From NCBI GenBank assembly GCA_950097015.1, contig CATNEN010000025.1, positions 7,006,001 to 7,070,000 on the forward strand: a DNA stretch of 64,000 nt, given 5' to 3'. Both the position numbers and the translations under genes were made by a program. This DNA is from Macrostomum hystrix. Lineage: Eukaryota > Animalia > Platyhelminthes. Positions 25,056 to 37,559 of the stretch are shown here, piece by piece; the first letter of the stretch is position 1, and each line of letters opens with the position of its first letter. The notes beneath the pieces were generated by a model, which was not told where the DNA came from, did not search any database, and saw only the letters and a program-made list of their open reading frames with translations.

Positions 25056-26169
25056 AATCCTCCCAAACTTCTAGGGAAGTTTCGGCACAATGAATGGAAA
25101 GCTTTCGCCATAAATTTCTGAAATTTCCACGCTATAAATTCCATAGATATGATTGGGAACATAAAATATTTAGCCACAGATTAGGATTATAGCCTGTAAT
25201 AAATATTCGTTACGTATATATTTTTAATTTAGCTCCCACTCTTTGATCCTTAACTCATTGACCCGAGATGAGCTCACAGTTGCATTGGCTCTCAAGCTAG
25301 AAATTAAATCTCTACCCTTTTTGTAGGAGACGAAGACTCAACGAAGTGAGAGAATAAAACTCAAGCTTTACTATTAGCCTCTTAGATGGTCAGCCTCCTT
25401 TCTCTAACGAAGCCTAAGATAGGAATCAAATAATGCTTAGCGAAAATTGGTCCCCATAAATTTCGACATTATGACGCCCCAAATCCCCCCTGAAAAATAT
25501 CGGCCTCCTTCCCAAAGCTAAGTTGTTCGTTTCTTTGTCTCTTCTGCGATTGGATTTTTTTCTTCATATTCTTCCTCCGATGCTCCAACTGGCTGGGGGC
25601 GGAGGGTCGCCTGAGAGGTTGAGTCGGGAAAAATGAGATACTTCAAGATTTCCCCATTTTTTTATGAGCGCGTCGGGACTCGGCATCTCCCGGGCCCTTG
25701 TGGGATTGTTTCTGTAAGAAACTAATCTTGAATCCCGAAGGCTCCCGACTGCCGGATTGCAGCTGCGTCACTGGATTATCTGTCCTCGAAATATCCCCTC
25801 CCGTTTCGCAAATCCCGCATCTCCACGGCTGTTTTGTGTGTGGCTTGGGAAATATTCTTGTCGCTAGGTGGGGAGGCGACTTATCGTTCGCTGTTGAGAG
25901 TTTCACTTTTTATGGGAGATAATCCTCTTTATCAAAATAGGAATACTTTTCTTACCGCGCTCAGATTCGCAAATTCCCACTAAATCTGTTCTGTCTTCAA
26001 AGATTCTATTTAAAAAAGTCGGCTTTCATTTGAAGTAACAAATTAATTGGCGGATCCTGATCCAGGGTGGCTGCTCATCACAAATACTCCTGCACAAAAG
26101 AAACTAGACAAAAAACCCTTTGCTACCCTTAACAATTGGTAAACTTTTCCGACATTATGAGACAACATA

Positions 26170-26890
26170 TCTGTCTCATCTCTCCTCTGTCTCATCTCTC
26201 CTGCCTAATCTCTTCTGTCTCATCTCTCTCCCCTGTCTCATCTCTCCCGTATCCCATTTCTTCCGTGTCTCATCTCTCCTCTGTCTCATCTCTCCCGAAT
26301 CTCATCTCTCCCGTGCTTCATATCTCCCATGTCTCATCTCTCTCCCCTGTCTCAACTCTCGCCTGTCTCAACTCTCGCCTGTCTCATCTCTCGCCTGTCT
26401 CATCTCTCCCCTGTCTCAACTCTCGCCTGTCTCATCTCTCGCCTGTCTCATCTCTCGCCTGTCTCATCTCTCGCATGTCTCATCTCTCGCCTGTCTCATC
26501 TCTCCCCTGTCTCATCTCTCGCCTGCCTCATCTCTCGCCTGTCTCATCTCTCGCATGTCTCATCTCTCGCCTGTCTCATCTCTCCCCTGTCTCATCTCTC
26601 GCATGTCTCATCTCTCGCCTGTCTCATCTCTCCCCTGTCTCATCTCTCGCCTGTCTCATCTCTCGCCTGTCTCATCTCTCGCCTGTCTCATCTCTCGCAT
26701 GTCTCATCTCTCGCCTGTCTCATCTTTCCCCTGTCTCATCTCTCCCCTGTCTCATCTCTCGCCTGTCTCATCTCTCGCCTGTCTCATCTCTCGCATGTCT
26801 CATCTCTCGCCTGTCTCATCTTTCCCCTGTCTCATCTCTCGCATGTCTCATCTCTCGCCTGTCTCATCTTTCCCCTGTCTCATCTCTCTC
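26170..26890. repeat. 16-bp CT-rich minisatellite, older block
   Basis: Unit GTCTCATCTCTCGCCT and variants. Confidence 0.93.
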
Positions 26891-27337
26891 CCTCCCTCGT
26901 AGTCTCAGTCGCCCTTCTTCATCGCATAGATTTGTCTTCCCTGCAATATATTTAACATTCTAGAATATTCTGCAACACGCCAGTTGCGTGACAAGCAGAT
27001 TCTGTCCAACTTTACAGACAGCCAAGTGTCAAATTTTAGTCCTCTGTCCACTCACTGACTCGAAGCGGAAAAAACTGCATAAAAATTGTTCAACATTTTT
27101 TTCAGACCGGCCCAGCGAGCGGGGAGGTAAATGCGATTTAGCAGAATCTTCTCATCTTAATCCCCGTTGGGGATTCTGGCCTAGCGCAAGTCCCATCCCG
27201 CCTGCCGGCTCGCATCAATGGTGTGGGGCACTTTTCGATTGTTAATTCGACTTTCGTGACCACGGCGCGTTGTCCTCCACCACCCCAGTCGTCCTGGGGT
27301 CCGCTGTTGCTGAGCTCACTGGAACATTGTGCTATAG

Positions 27338-27400
27338 CAGGGGTTGGCAAACTCCGGCCCACGGGCCAGAGGCGGCCCTCGAAGCTCTGAAATTCGGCCC
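27338..27400 (+). mobile_element. hAT-Charlie-like terminal fragment
   Basis: CAGGGGTTGGCAAACTCCGGCCCACGGGCC...GGCCC resembles, from recall, the MER58/Charlie-type 5' end. No partner end found. Confidence 0.5.
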
Positions 27401-27439
27401 ATTGCTCCTACAGTACAGTATCACCTACAGTAACAGTAA

Positions 27440-30400
27440 CACATACAGTTTCCTGTGTCATCTCTCCCGAATCTCATCTCTCCCGTGTTTCATATCTCCC
27501 ATGTCTCATCTCATCCGTGTCTCATCTCTCCCGTGTCTCATCTCATCCGTGTCTCATCTCATCCGTGTCTCATCTCTCCCGTGTCTCATCTCTCCCGTGT
27601 CTCATCTCTAACGTGTGTCATCTTTCCCGTGTCTCATCTCTCCCATGTCTAGCCTCTCGCATGTCTCATCTCTCCCGTGTCTCATCTCACTCGTGTCTCA
27701 TCTCTCCCGTGTTTTATCTCACTCGTGTCTCATCTCTCCCGTGTCTCATCTCTCCCGTGTCTCATCTCTCCCGTGTCTCATCTCTCTCGTGTCTCATCTC
27801 TCCCGTGTTTTATCTCACTCGTGTCTCATCTCATCCGTGTCTCATCTCTCCCGTGTCTCATCTCTCCCGTGTCTCATCTCATCCGTGTCTCATCTCATCC
27901 GTGTCTCATCTCTCCCGTGTCTCATCTCTCCCGTGTCTCATCTCATCCGTGTCTCATCTCATCCGTGTCTCATCTCTCCCGTGTCTCATCTCATCCGTGT
28001 CTCATCTCTCCCGTGTCTCATCTCATCCGTGTCTCATCTCATCCGTGTCTCATCTCATCCGTGTCTCATCTCACTCGTGTCTCATCTCTCCCGTGTCTCA
28101 TCTCTCCCGTGTCTCATCTCTCTCGTGTCTCATCTCTCCCATGTCTCATCTCATCCGTGTCTCATCTCTCCCGTGTCTCATTTCATCCGTGTCTCATCTC
28201 ATCCGTGTCTCATCTCTCCCGTGTCTCATCTCTCCCGTGTCTCATCTCATCCGTGTCTCATCTCTCCCGTGTCTCATCTCATCCGTGTCTCATCTCATCC
28301 GTGTCTCATCTCTCCCGTGTCTCATCTCATCCGTGTCTCATCTCTCCCGTGTCTCATCTCTCCCGTGTCTCATCTCATCCGTGTCTCATCTCATCCGTGT
28401 CTCATCTCTCCCGTGTCTCATCTCTCCCGTGTCTCATCTCATCCGTGTCTCATCTCATCCGTGTCTCATCTCATCCGTGTCTCATCTCTCCCGTGTCTCA
28501 TCTCATCCGTGTCTCATCTCTCCCGTGTCTCATCTCATCCGTGTCTCATCTCATCCGTGTCTCATCTCATCCGTGTCTCATCTCATCCGTGTCTCATCTC
28601 TCCCGTGTCTCATCTCATCCGTGTCTCATCTCTCCCGTGTCTCATCTCATCCGTGTCTCATCTCATCCGTGTCTCATCTCATCCGTGTCTCATCTCATCC
28701 GTGTCTCATCTCATCCGTGTCTCATCTCTCCCGTGTCTCATCTCTCCCGTGTCTCATCTCATCCGTGTCTCATCTCATCCGTGTCTCATCTCTCCCGTGT
28801 CTCATCTCATCCGTGTCTCATCTCTCCCGTGTCTCATCTCATCCGTGTCTCATCTCATCCGTGTCTCATCTCTCCCGTGTCTCATCTCATCCGTGTCTCA
28901 TCTCTCCCGTGTCTCATCTCTCCCGTGTCTCATCTCTCTCGTGTCTCATCTCTCCCGTGTCTCATCTCTCCCGTGTCTCATCTCATCCGTGTCTCATCTC
29001 ATCCGTGTCTCATCTCTCCCGTGTCTCATCTCATCCGTGTCTCATCTCTCCCGTGTCTCATCTCATCCGTGTCTCATCTCATCCGTGTCTCATCTCATCC
29101 GTGTCTCATCTCATCCGTGTCTCATCTCTCCCGTGTCTCATCTCTCCCGTGTCTCATCTCATCCGTGTCTCATCTCATCCGTGTCTCATCTCTCCCGTGT
29201 CTCATCTCATCCGTGTCTCATCTCTCCCGTGTCTCATCTCATCCGTGTCTCATCTCATCCGTGTCTCATCTCATCCGTGTCTCATCTCTCCCGTGTCTCA
29301 TCTCATCCGTGTCTCATCTCTCCCGTGTCTCATCTCATCCGTGTCTCATCTCATCCGTGTCTCATCTCATCCGTGTCTCATCTCATCCGTGTCTCATCTC
29401 TCCCGTGTCTCATCTCATCCGTGTCTCATCTCTCCCGTGTCTCATCTCATCCGTGTCTCATCTCTCCCGTGTCTCATCTCATCCGTGTCTCATCTCATCC
29501 GTGTCTCATCTCATCCGTGTCTCATCTCTCCCGTGTCTCATCTCATCCGTGTCTCATCTCTCCCGTGTCTCATCTCATCCGTGTCTCATCTCATCCGTGT
29601 CTCATCTCATCCGTGTCTCATCTCATCCGTGTCTCATCTCTCCCGTGTCTCATCTCATCCGTGTCTTATCTCTCCCGTGTCTCATCTCATCCGTGTCTCA
29701 TCTCTCCCGTGTCTCATCTCATCCGTGTCTCATCTCTCCCGTGTCTCATCTCATCCGTGTCTCATCTCATCCGTGTCTCATCTCTCCCGTGTCTCATCTC
29801 TCCCGTGTCTCATCTCATCCGTGTCTCATCTCATCCGTGTCTCATCTCTCCCGTGTCTCATCTCATCCGTGTCTCATCTCTCCCGTGTCTCATCTCATCC
29901 GTGTCTCATCTCATCCGTGTCTCATCTCTCCCGTGTCTCATCTCTCCCGTGTCTCATCTCATCCGTGTCTCATCTCTCCCGTGTCTCATCTCTCCCGTGT
30001 CTCATCTCATCCGTGTCTCATCTCTCCCGTGTCTCATCTCATCCGTGTCTCATCTCATCCGTGTCTCATCTCATCCGTGTCTCATCTCACTCGTGTCTCA
30101 TCTCTCCCGTGTCTCATCTCATCCGTGTCTCATCTCATCCGTGTCTCATCTCTCCCGTGTCTCATCTCATCCGTGTCTCATCTCTCCCGTGTCTCATCTC
30201 ATCCGTGTCTCATCTCATCCGTGTCTCATCTCTCCCGTGTCTCATCTCATCCGTGTCTCATCTCTCCCGTGTCTCATCTCATCCGTGTCTCATCTCATCC
30301 GTGTCTCATCTCATCCGTGTCTCATCTCTCCCGTGTCTCATCTCACTCGTGTCTCATCTCTCCCGTGTCTCATCTCATCCGTGTCTCATCTCATCCGTGT

Positions 30401-30836
30401 CTCATCTCTCCCGTGTCTCATCTCATCCGTGTCTCATCTCTCCCGTGTCTCATCTCATCCGTGTCTCATCTCATCCGTGTCTCATCTCATCCGTGTCTCA
30501 TCTCACTCGTGTCTCATCTCATCCGTGTCTCATCTCTCCCGTGTCTCATCTCATCCGTGTCTCATCTCTCCCGTGTCTCATCTCATCCGTGTCTCATCTC
30601 ATCCGTGTCTCATCTCATCCGTGTCTCATCTCACTCGTGTCTCATCTCTCCCGTGTCTCATCTCATCCGTGTCTCATCTCATCCGTGTCTCATCTCTCCC
30701 GTGTCTCATCTCATCCGTGTCTCATCTCTCCCGTGTCTCATCTCATCCGTGTCTCATCTCATCCGTGTCTCATCTCATCCGTGTCTCATCTCACTCGTGT
30801 CTCATCTCTCCCGTGTCTCATCTCTCCCCTGTCTCA
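27440..30836. repeat. 16-bp minisatellite (~210 copies), two alternating variants
   Basis: CTCATCTCTCCCGTGT and CTCATCTCATCCGTGT. Confidence 0.97.
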
Positions 30837-31534
30837 TATTTCTGCAGTAAATGCTGCTGGTTCTCTCTTTGGCCCGCTAGCTAATAAATTTGAAAACAAA
30901 AGAACCGCACGGTTGAAAACAATTCTGTGGGAATATTTCGCCAGCTTGGCTATTTGAAACAAATTTAGACGTTTCGTCTGTTTTGTTGGGGCAGCGGCTG
31001 CGGAACACAAAAAATCTTTTGTTGCTTCTTTTAACTGCGGTTTTTTCTTCTTCAAAGTGGCAGAGACACGCGGGGGGTCAGATAGTGGTCGGCAAGCTGT
31101 AATGCCTGCGCTTCTTATCAGCAAATCTCTTCAGGGAAGATGGGAGAAGTGGGATGACAGGCCGGCTGGGTGTTTTAGGGGCGGAGGCAACAGCCCGTCA
31201 CACACGCAGGTCGTCTTTTAAGCTGCCATGGCGCTGCTTTGTTGCAAAGCTAAACAGAAAATAAGTGGCTGGACATGTGCTCGCACTCAGTCCCAGCTGA
31301 AGGGGCTGAACAGCTGAGCATTTAAGCCCATTTTGCCGCCTGGTAATCCTGTGCGCCAATTGCTAATCTTCACCTTGTTGGCCGGCGTTTAGAAGGCGCA
31401 GGAGATAAAATTAGTAAATACTTCTGGCTGCGAACTTCTAGCTGAAAAGCCTTCATCTGAACTTTATGCTTCTAAATCGCTTCTTAAATGCCTTTTGCCT
31501 GAAGATGGAAATTGTAATTAGCTCTCCTCGCTGT

Positions 31535-32400
31535 TCTGAAGAATCCCAACCTGAAGTCTTTCCCTGCCTGAAGAATCCCAACCTGAAGTCTTTATGCACC
31601 TGAAGAATCCCAACCTGAAGTCTTTACCCACCTGACGAATCCCAACCTGAAGTCTTTATGCACCTGAAGAATTCTAACCTGAAGTCCTTGCCAACCTGAA
31701 GAATTCTAACCTGAAGTCCTTGCCAACCTGAAGAATCCCATCTGAAGATTTTCCTTCCTTGAAGAATCCCATCTGAGGATTTTCCTAACCTGAAGAATCC
31801 CATCTGAGGATTCTCTAAACCTGAAGAATCCCATCTGAAGATTCTCCAAACCTTGAAGAATCCCATCCGAAGATTCTCCAAACCTGAAGAATCCCATCTG
31901 AGGATTCTCCAAACCTGAAGAATCCCATCTGAGGATTCTCCAAACCTGAAGAATCACATCTGGAGATTCTCCTAACCTGAAGAATCCCATCTGAGGATTC
32001 TCTAAACCTGAAGAATCCCACCTGAAGATTCCCCAAACCTTGAAGAATCCCATCTGAAGATTTTCCTAACCTGAAGAATCCCATCTGAGGATTCTCCTAG
32101 CCTGAAGAATCCCATCTGAAGATTCTCCAAACCTGAAGAATCCCAACTGAAGATTCTCCAAACCTGAAGAATCCCATCTGAGGATTCTCCAAACCTGAAG
32201 AATCCCATCTGAAGATTCTCCAAACCTGAAGAATCCCATCTGAGGATTCTCCAAACCTGAAGAATCCCATCTGAAGATTCTCCAAACCTGAAGAATCCCA
32301 TCTGAAGATTCTCCTAACCTGAAGAATCACATCTGAAGATTCTCCTAACCTGAAGAATCCCATCTGAAGATTCTCCTAACCTGAAGAATCCCAACTGAAG
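31535..32400. repeat. 30-31-bp minisatellite (~28 copies)
   Basis: Unit GAAGAATCCCATCTGAAGATTCTCCAAACCT. Confidence 0.93.
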
Positions 32401-33239
32401 AGCATTTTGCTAACTTTATGACACCTCTTATAAATCCCACCTGAGTTCTCAAGCGTTAGAAATGACAGGTGTTATCTTCAGAGGGGTCTTCTAAGTCAAA
32501 GTCAAGCTTGAAAAGCATTGCCAGCGGCCAGACAAGGAGCTCCATAACTCATTCATAGACGATTTCCAGTTGTAGGAAAATTGAAACACAATCGATAAAC
32601 TAATGTGTGAAATTGACAGCTGGCCATAAATTATGCGTTGTTATAGCTGCAATGACTCAGATCAAGCATATATACTTTATAATATTTATATCATCGATTA
32701 GGTCAAATATAATGAGCAGACTGAGACAGGCTGTCAAAAAGTTGACATCTTAGTGACAATGATTTCGATGCTGATTTCATTTTGTCTCACTAAAAATACT
32801 AATATTGACGTGTAAACACGAATTAGACCGTACTAAAATTCCTATTTACCATTTATTAACGCAACGAGCAGCGCTTATAAGCGTAATAGTCGAGCTAATA
32901 CTCAAATCTAGCTGCCTCACCCCAATGGCTGCCCTGTCAGTCAGTGTGATGCTGGAGTGCCACTTCCCGTTTCTGTCTCTCTCCCAAGCTTGAAGTGGAC
33001 CAGCCCCCCCCACCATGCGGGACCCACCTGGACGGGATACTGGGTAGTGAGAGAGACAAGTGCTGATGAGTGTGGGAGTGACAGACAATGGTAGAACCAG
33101 GGTGCACAGTCACTTGATATGTTCGTGAAGCTGTTTTCATAGCCTCTGTTGGCTTAGTAAAAATATGTATTTAAGCGATGGAAAACCAGTCAATGAGATT
33201 GGAATGACTAAACTGCTCCGAGTGGCCACATTTAGAAGC

Positions 33240-33640
33240 TAAAAGGGGAGATCGAGGAAGAGATGTGAAATGGGAGATCGAGGAAGAGATGTGAAAGGGG
33301 AGATTGAGGAGAGATGTGAAAGGGGAGATTGAGGAAGAGATGTGAAAGGGGAGATTGAGGAAGAGATGTGAAATGGGAGATCGAGGAAGAGATGTGAAAG
33401 GGCAGATTGACGAGAGATGTGAAAGGGGAGATTGAGGAGAGATGTGAAAGGGGAGATTGACGAGAGATGTGAAAGGGGAGATTGAGGAAGAGATGTGAAA
33501 GGGGGATTGAGGAAGAGATGTGAAAGGGGAGATTGAAGAAGAGATGTGAAAGGGGAGATTGAGGAGAGATGTGAAAGGGGAGATTGAGGAAGAGATGTGA
33601 AAGGGGGATTGAGGAAGAGATGTGAAAGGGAAAATTAAAG
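33240..33640. repeat. 25-26-bp purine-rich minisatellite (~15 copies)
   Basis: Unit GGGGAGATTGAGGAAGAGATGTGAAA. Confidence 0.92.
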
Positions 33641-35139
33641 GAATTGAAATGGGAGATTAAAAGATGTAACAGGGAGATCGGAAGGTCTGATAGGTTATGA
33701 GACGCATGTCAAATTATTTTTTAGTCTCCTAATAACAAACGATCGACAGGCTCATCTCTATGCTCAGGAGTTGAAAGTGGATCTTCATTCACTGGTTTGT
33801 AAAGCTTTGATGTTTGGGGAGCTGCTCAGAACCGATGTCGAATCTGTTTATAGACGAATGAAGCTGTCTTTGAAGTCATTGCGCTCGCATTATTCAGGCA
33901 ATCAACATTTGACACGAAAGCTGAAAGCTGAGAATTCTGCTCCCGCCGCCGGGACTTCCGTTGCTTGATTCCCTTTAATTCTTTCAAACTTTTCCCCTTT
34001 TTAATCTCTGAGAGGTGTTCCCGGAAGAATTCTCGCGAATTTTCGATTCGATTTCTGAAAGTTCGAGAAAAATCTGGAAAAGTTTCAGAGAGAGAGAGAA
34101 GGAAACGACTACAATGGAAACTAATAATCCCTTTTTGGGATAAATTATCAACGGGAATTCCGCTCGAATTGGCTAAAATCAGCACCTAATCTATAAGCAA
34201 CTGGGGATGGAACGAAAGCCGGCCATTCACCGTTGCGTGATAGTTGGAGCCGTTGGTGGCGCGGGAGGGGATCGGGGAGTTTTGAGTGCCGATCCCTGCT
34301 GTGTGCTACCCGCATCCCCATTTTGAGCACGCTGAAACTGGAGTAAGGGAATTCCTGTGTGTCGGCCCGGTGGGCAGAGAGACAACTTCCTGCTGGGGCG
34401 GCCCGCTGACGGTGCCTGATGAGAATGAGAAGGGGATAACTTCCCCGTTCCCCTAATTCCTGTTATTGAGAGGGAGGGAGGTTGAGCAGCTCTGTTGTCT
34501 GCTCTACCAAAAAAGTTTTTTTCGACGGGTTTTCAAATCGTCCGCTGGCAGAGCAGTGCATTAGCGTGCAGGACAGTGGTAACAAGCCGCGGAGTTGCAT
34601 TGTGCTCTAAAAGGGGTTCCCCATTGTTAGCCGATTATATAGTGCGCTGCTGCGGCACAATCACTGCCATGCTAGTCAAAGCAGACTCTGACCTTGCAGC
34701 ATGGGGTCTCTTGTTATGTGCTTCTTTGACTTCAACAGAACTCCGTGTAAAAAAGCAGCTTCAAGATGAAAGAAAGTATTCTGCGAAAAAAAACTAGTGA
34801 AAGAGTTTAATGGAGAGAAAAGCATATGGATTAATAATACCCGTACCATTGTGGACTATTAAGGATTTATATATTGGTTTAATGATTACTAAATGGCCTC
34901 GTAATTTAGACCAAAATTATAACAGAATTGAGAAAATCAATGGGTAGTATATATTAGAGAAGAAAACTAATTTCTTGGGTAATTCTTTATAAGAAGTTTA
35001 AGTGTGCTCTACACAGTGAATCTAGTGATCAAAGGACTGCTCTAGAGGCAGATCTAAGAGATTGACCTACAAAACGATATAGATACAGACATTAGCACTG
35101 ACTTTAGGACCGATCCAGAGGCTAAAGACTGATCTAGAT

Positions 35140-35697
35140 ATTGATCTAGAGACTAATCTAGAGAGTGATCTAGATGCTGACCTAGAGACTGATCTAGACT
35201 AGAGAACGATCTAGAGACAGATCAAGATATTGATCTAGAGACAGATCGAGATATTGATCTAGAGACAGATCGAGATATTGATCTAGAGACAGATCGAAAT
35301 ATTGATCTAGAGACAGATCGAGATATTGATCTAGAGACAGATCGAAATATTGATCTAGAGACAGATCGAGATATTGATCTAGAGACAGATCGAGATATTG
35401 ATCTAGAGACAGATCGAAATATTGATCTAGAGACAGATCGAGATATTGATCTAGAGACAGATCGAGATATTGATCTAGAGACAGATCGAGATATTGATCT
35501 AGAGACAGATCGAGATATTGATCTAGAGACAGATCGAGATATTGATCTAGAGACAGATCGAGATATTGATCTAGAGACAGATCGAGATATTGATCTAGAG
35601 ACAGATCGAGATATTGATCTAGAGACAGATCAAGATATTGATCTAGAGACAGATCGAGATATTGATCTAGAGACAGATCAAGATATTGATCTAGAGA
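35140..35697. repeat. 24-bp minisatellite (~22 copies)
   Basis: Unit TGATCTAGAGACAGATCGAGATAT. Confidence 0.94.
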
Positions 35698-37039
35698 ATA
35701 ATGTAAAGCACCGCTCCTAATGATCGAACTTATAAGAGCTCTACAAAGTTGTTAATATCTAGAGAAGCAATCTGTGTTTATCCATCTCACACTGGGACCG
35801 TATGTCAACCGAAGACTGATTTCGGAAAAGAAGACAAAACAGTTACAATGGCAGGGTCATACTGCAAACCCTTAGAGTGAGGATGGAGCTCAGGTGATGA
35901 GAAAGTTCCAGCTGAATGGCCAGATGGCCTCCCATCGTATATGCCGTTGCACGAATATAGAAATAAAATACATGATACACCTCCAACACACTGCACGGTT
36001 GAGCTGTGCTCAAAAGCCTCTCTCTCTGTCTCGATGAAATTATAATGAGCTGACAACTCAGTTGTTGCTATCACAACCAGAGGAATTCTGTATTAAAATG
36101 TGAACAAAGCAGGTCTGGCGGCTCAGAACCGATGGGCCGTTGCAGTTTTATACATTATTAAACAGACTATAGGACAATGGGGAAATCTGTTCAAGCTGCT
36201 AAATAAACTCATTCTTGTCTTAGTTTAAACCAGTTAATCGTGCTAATCTATAAAATGTAGCGAAATAATGCAGCCATGAATTTTATAATAAGATATTTTG
36301 AGGTACAATTTTGTTATTTAGTGAGCTGTGCTGAAATTGTATTTAGGGAAAATGCATTTTGTATCATTATTTTATATTTTATTTTAGACAAAAACGGCTA
36401 GAGTAAGGGAATTACTTTATGTAACTGAAATGGCCCCTTTAAGGGTCATTCTAATAGTAAGCAGACTTTAATCCACACTTGACATTAAAATAACTATCTA
36501 CCATTATTATATAAAAAATGGATATTTATGCACTTAGTCTGGACAGCAGATTAGACATCTATAGAATGATAGTGACTGAATGAAGTCTTAAATTATTATA
36601 TTGTTGACGTCAGACAGTATTTTTTAATAACCGCAACTGCATGAATCCTATTCAGCTAACTGGAGAACCCGAAATCATAACCTTGAGGCAGGATTAACAC
36701 CAGGACGGGATGGGATAAAATTTGCGCATCAATTTTATGTGATGAGAGTGAAGGAATAGTGTAGAATATTATCAACCTCGAGCACACACAGGTGAAACTA
36801 TCCGGTGAAAACGAGGTTAATACTTTAAAAGTGGCTAAAGCTTAACAACAAGCTTCTCGGCTTTCTGCCTAATCTATTGAGAAAGGATTAAGCCAGATTA
36901 TAGATTCCAGTTACTTGAGAGATTATATTTGCTCTTATGGCTTTTCCTTGCATGTGTGTGTGCGTGCGTGTGTCACAGTGGGCACCTCGCTTCGTCCGTA
37001 AGTATACTTCAACGAACTACGGTAAATTAACATTCAGTA

Positions 37040-37170
37040 GACACCCTACAAAACAGTTCAGTCCATGGACTGGGGAGGTTGCAACGCCAACCCAGATTTC
37101 TATTGTTCAGCACCTGGTAATTAAGTATTATTGATAAAGCCGCTAAAATTCGAACTCCTGACCTATTTAA
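37040..37170 (-). mobile_element. Decayed SINE copy
   Basis: Minus strand AGGTCAGGAGTTCGAAT (B-box) ... GTTGCAACCTCCCCAGTCCATGGACTGAAC. Confidence 0.55.
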
Positions 37171-37559
37171 GAAAACTTACCAATTAAAAAGTTGTCTACC
37201 GCAAACTTCAGCGACGATGGGTAAAAAATATTCTGTAGAATCCCGTATTGAATGGATTATTAAAGCTGGTCGATTAGCGGCTAGTCGAGTTTTCATTTAA
37301 AAGGAGGAACCCCCCTGTATGACTTTTCGGCGCTCTCATTGGCTGAAGGTTGGCGAGCCAGCCAGCCAATGAGAGACTGGCAGGCAAAATGGACACACGC
37401 ATACACTGCGAGGTCTGACAATACAATATGTATACAGTAATACAGTATCCTCATGTCATAAAAAACTTTACAATGGCTGTGCTTAGAGTTAATGATAGAA
37501 ATAATTAATCGACACAAGAGAGACAGAAAAATAGTAAACGAGACAGAGAGATAGTCAGA

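Noticed and set aside
27517-30957. Three ORFs of more than 1000 aa, plus similar ORFs at 1665-2444, 3662-5305, 12800-14412, 18136-19327, 24526-25177, 31624-32363, 56842-57569 and 62877-63386
   Set aside because: These are translations of minisatellites, often open in several frames because the unit lacks stops. They have no domain content.
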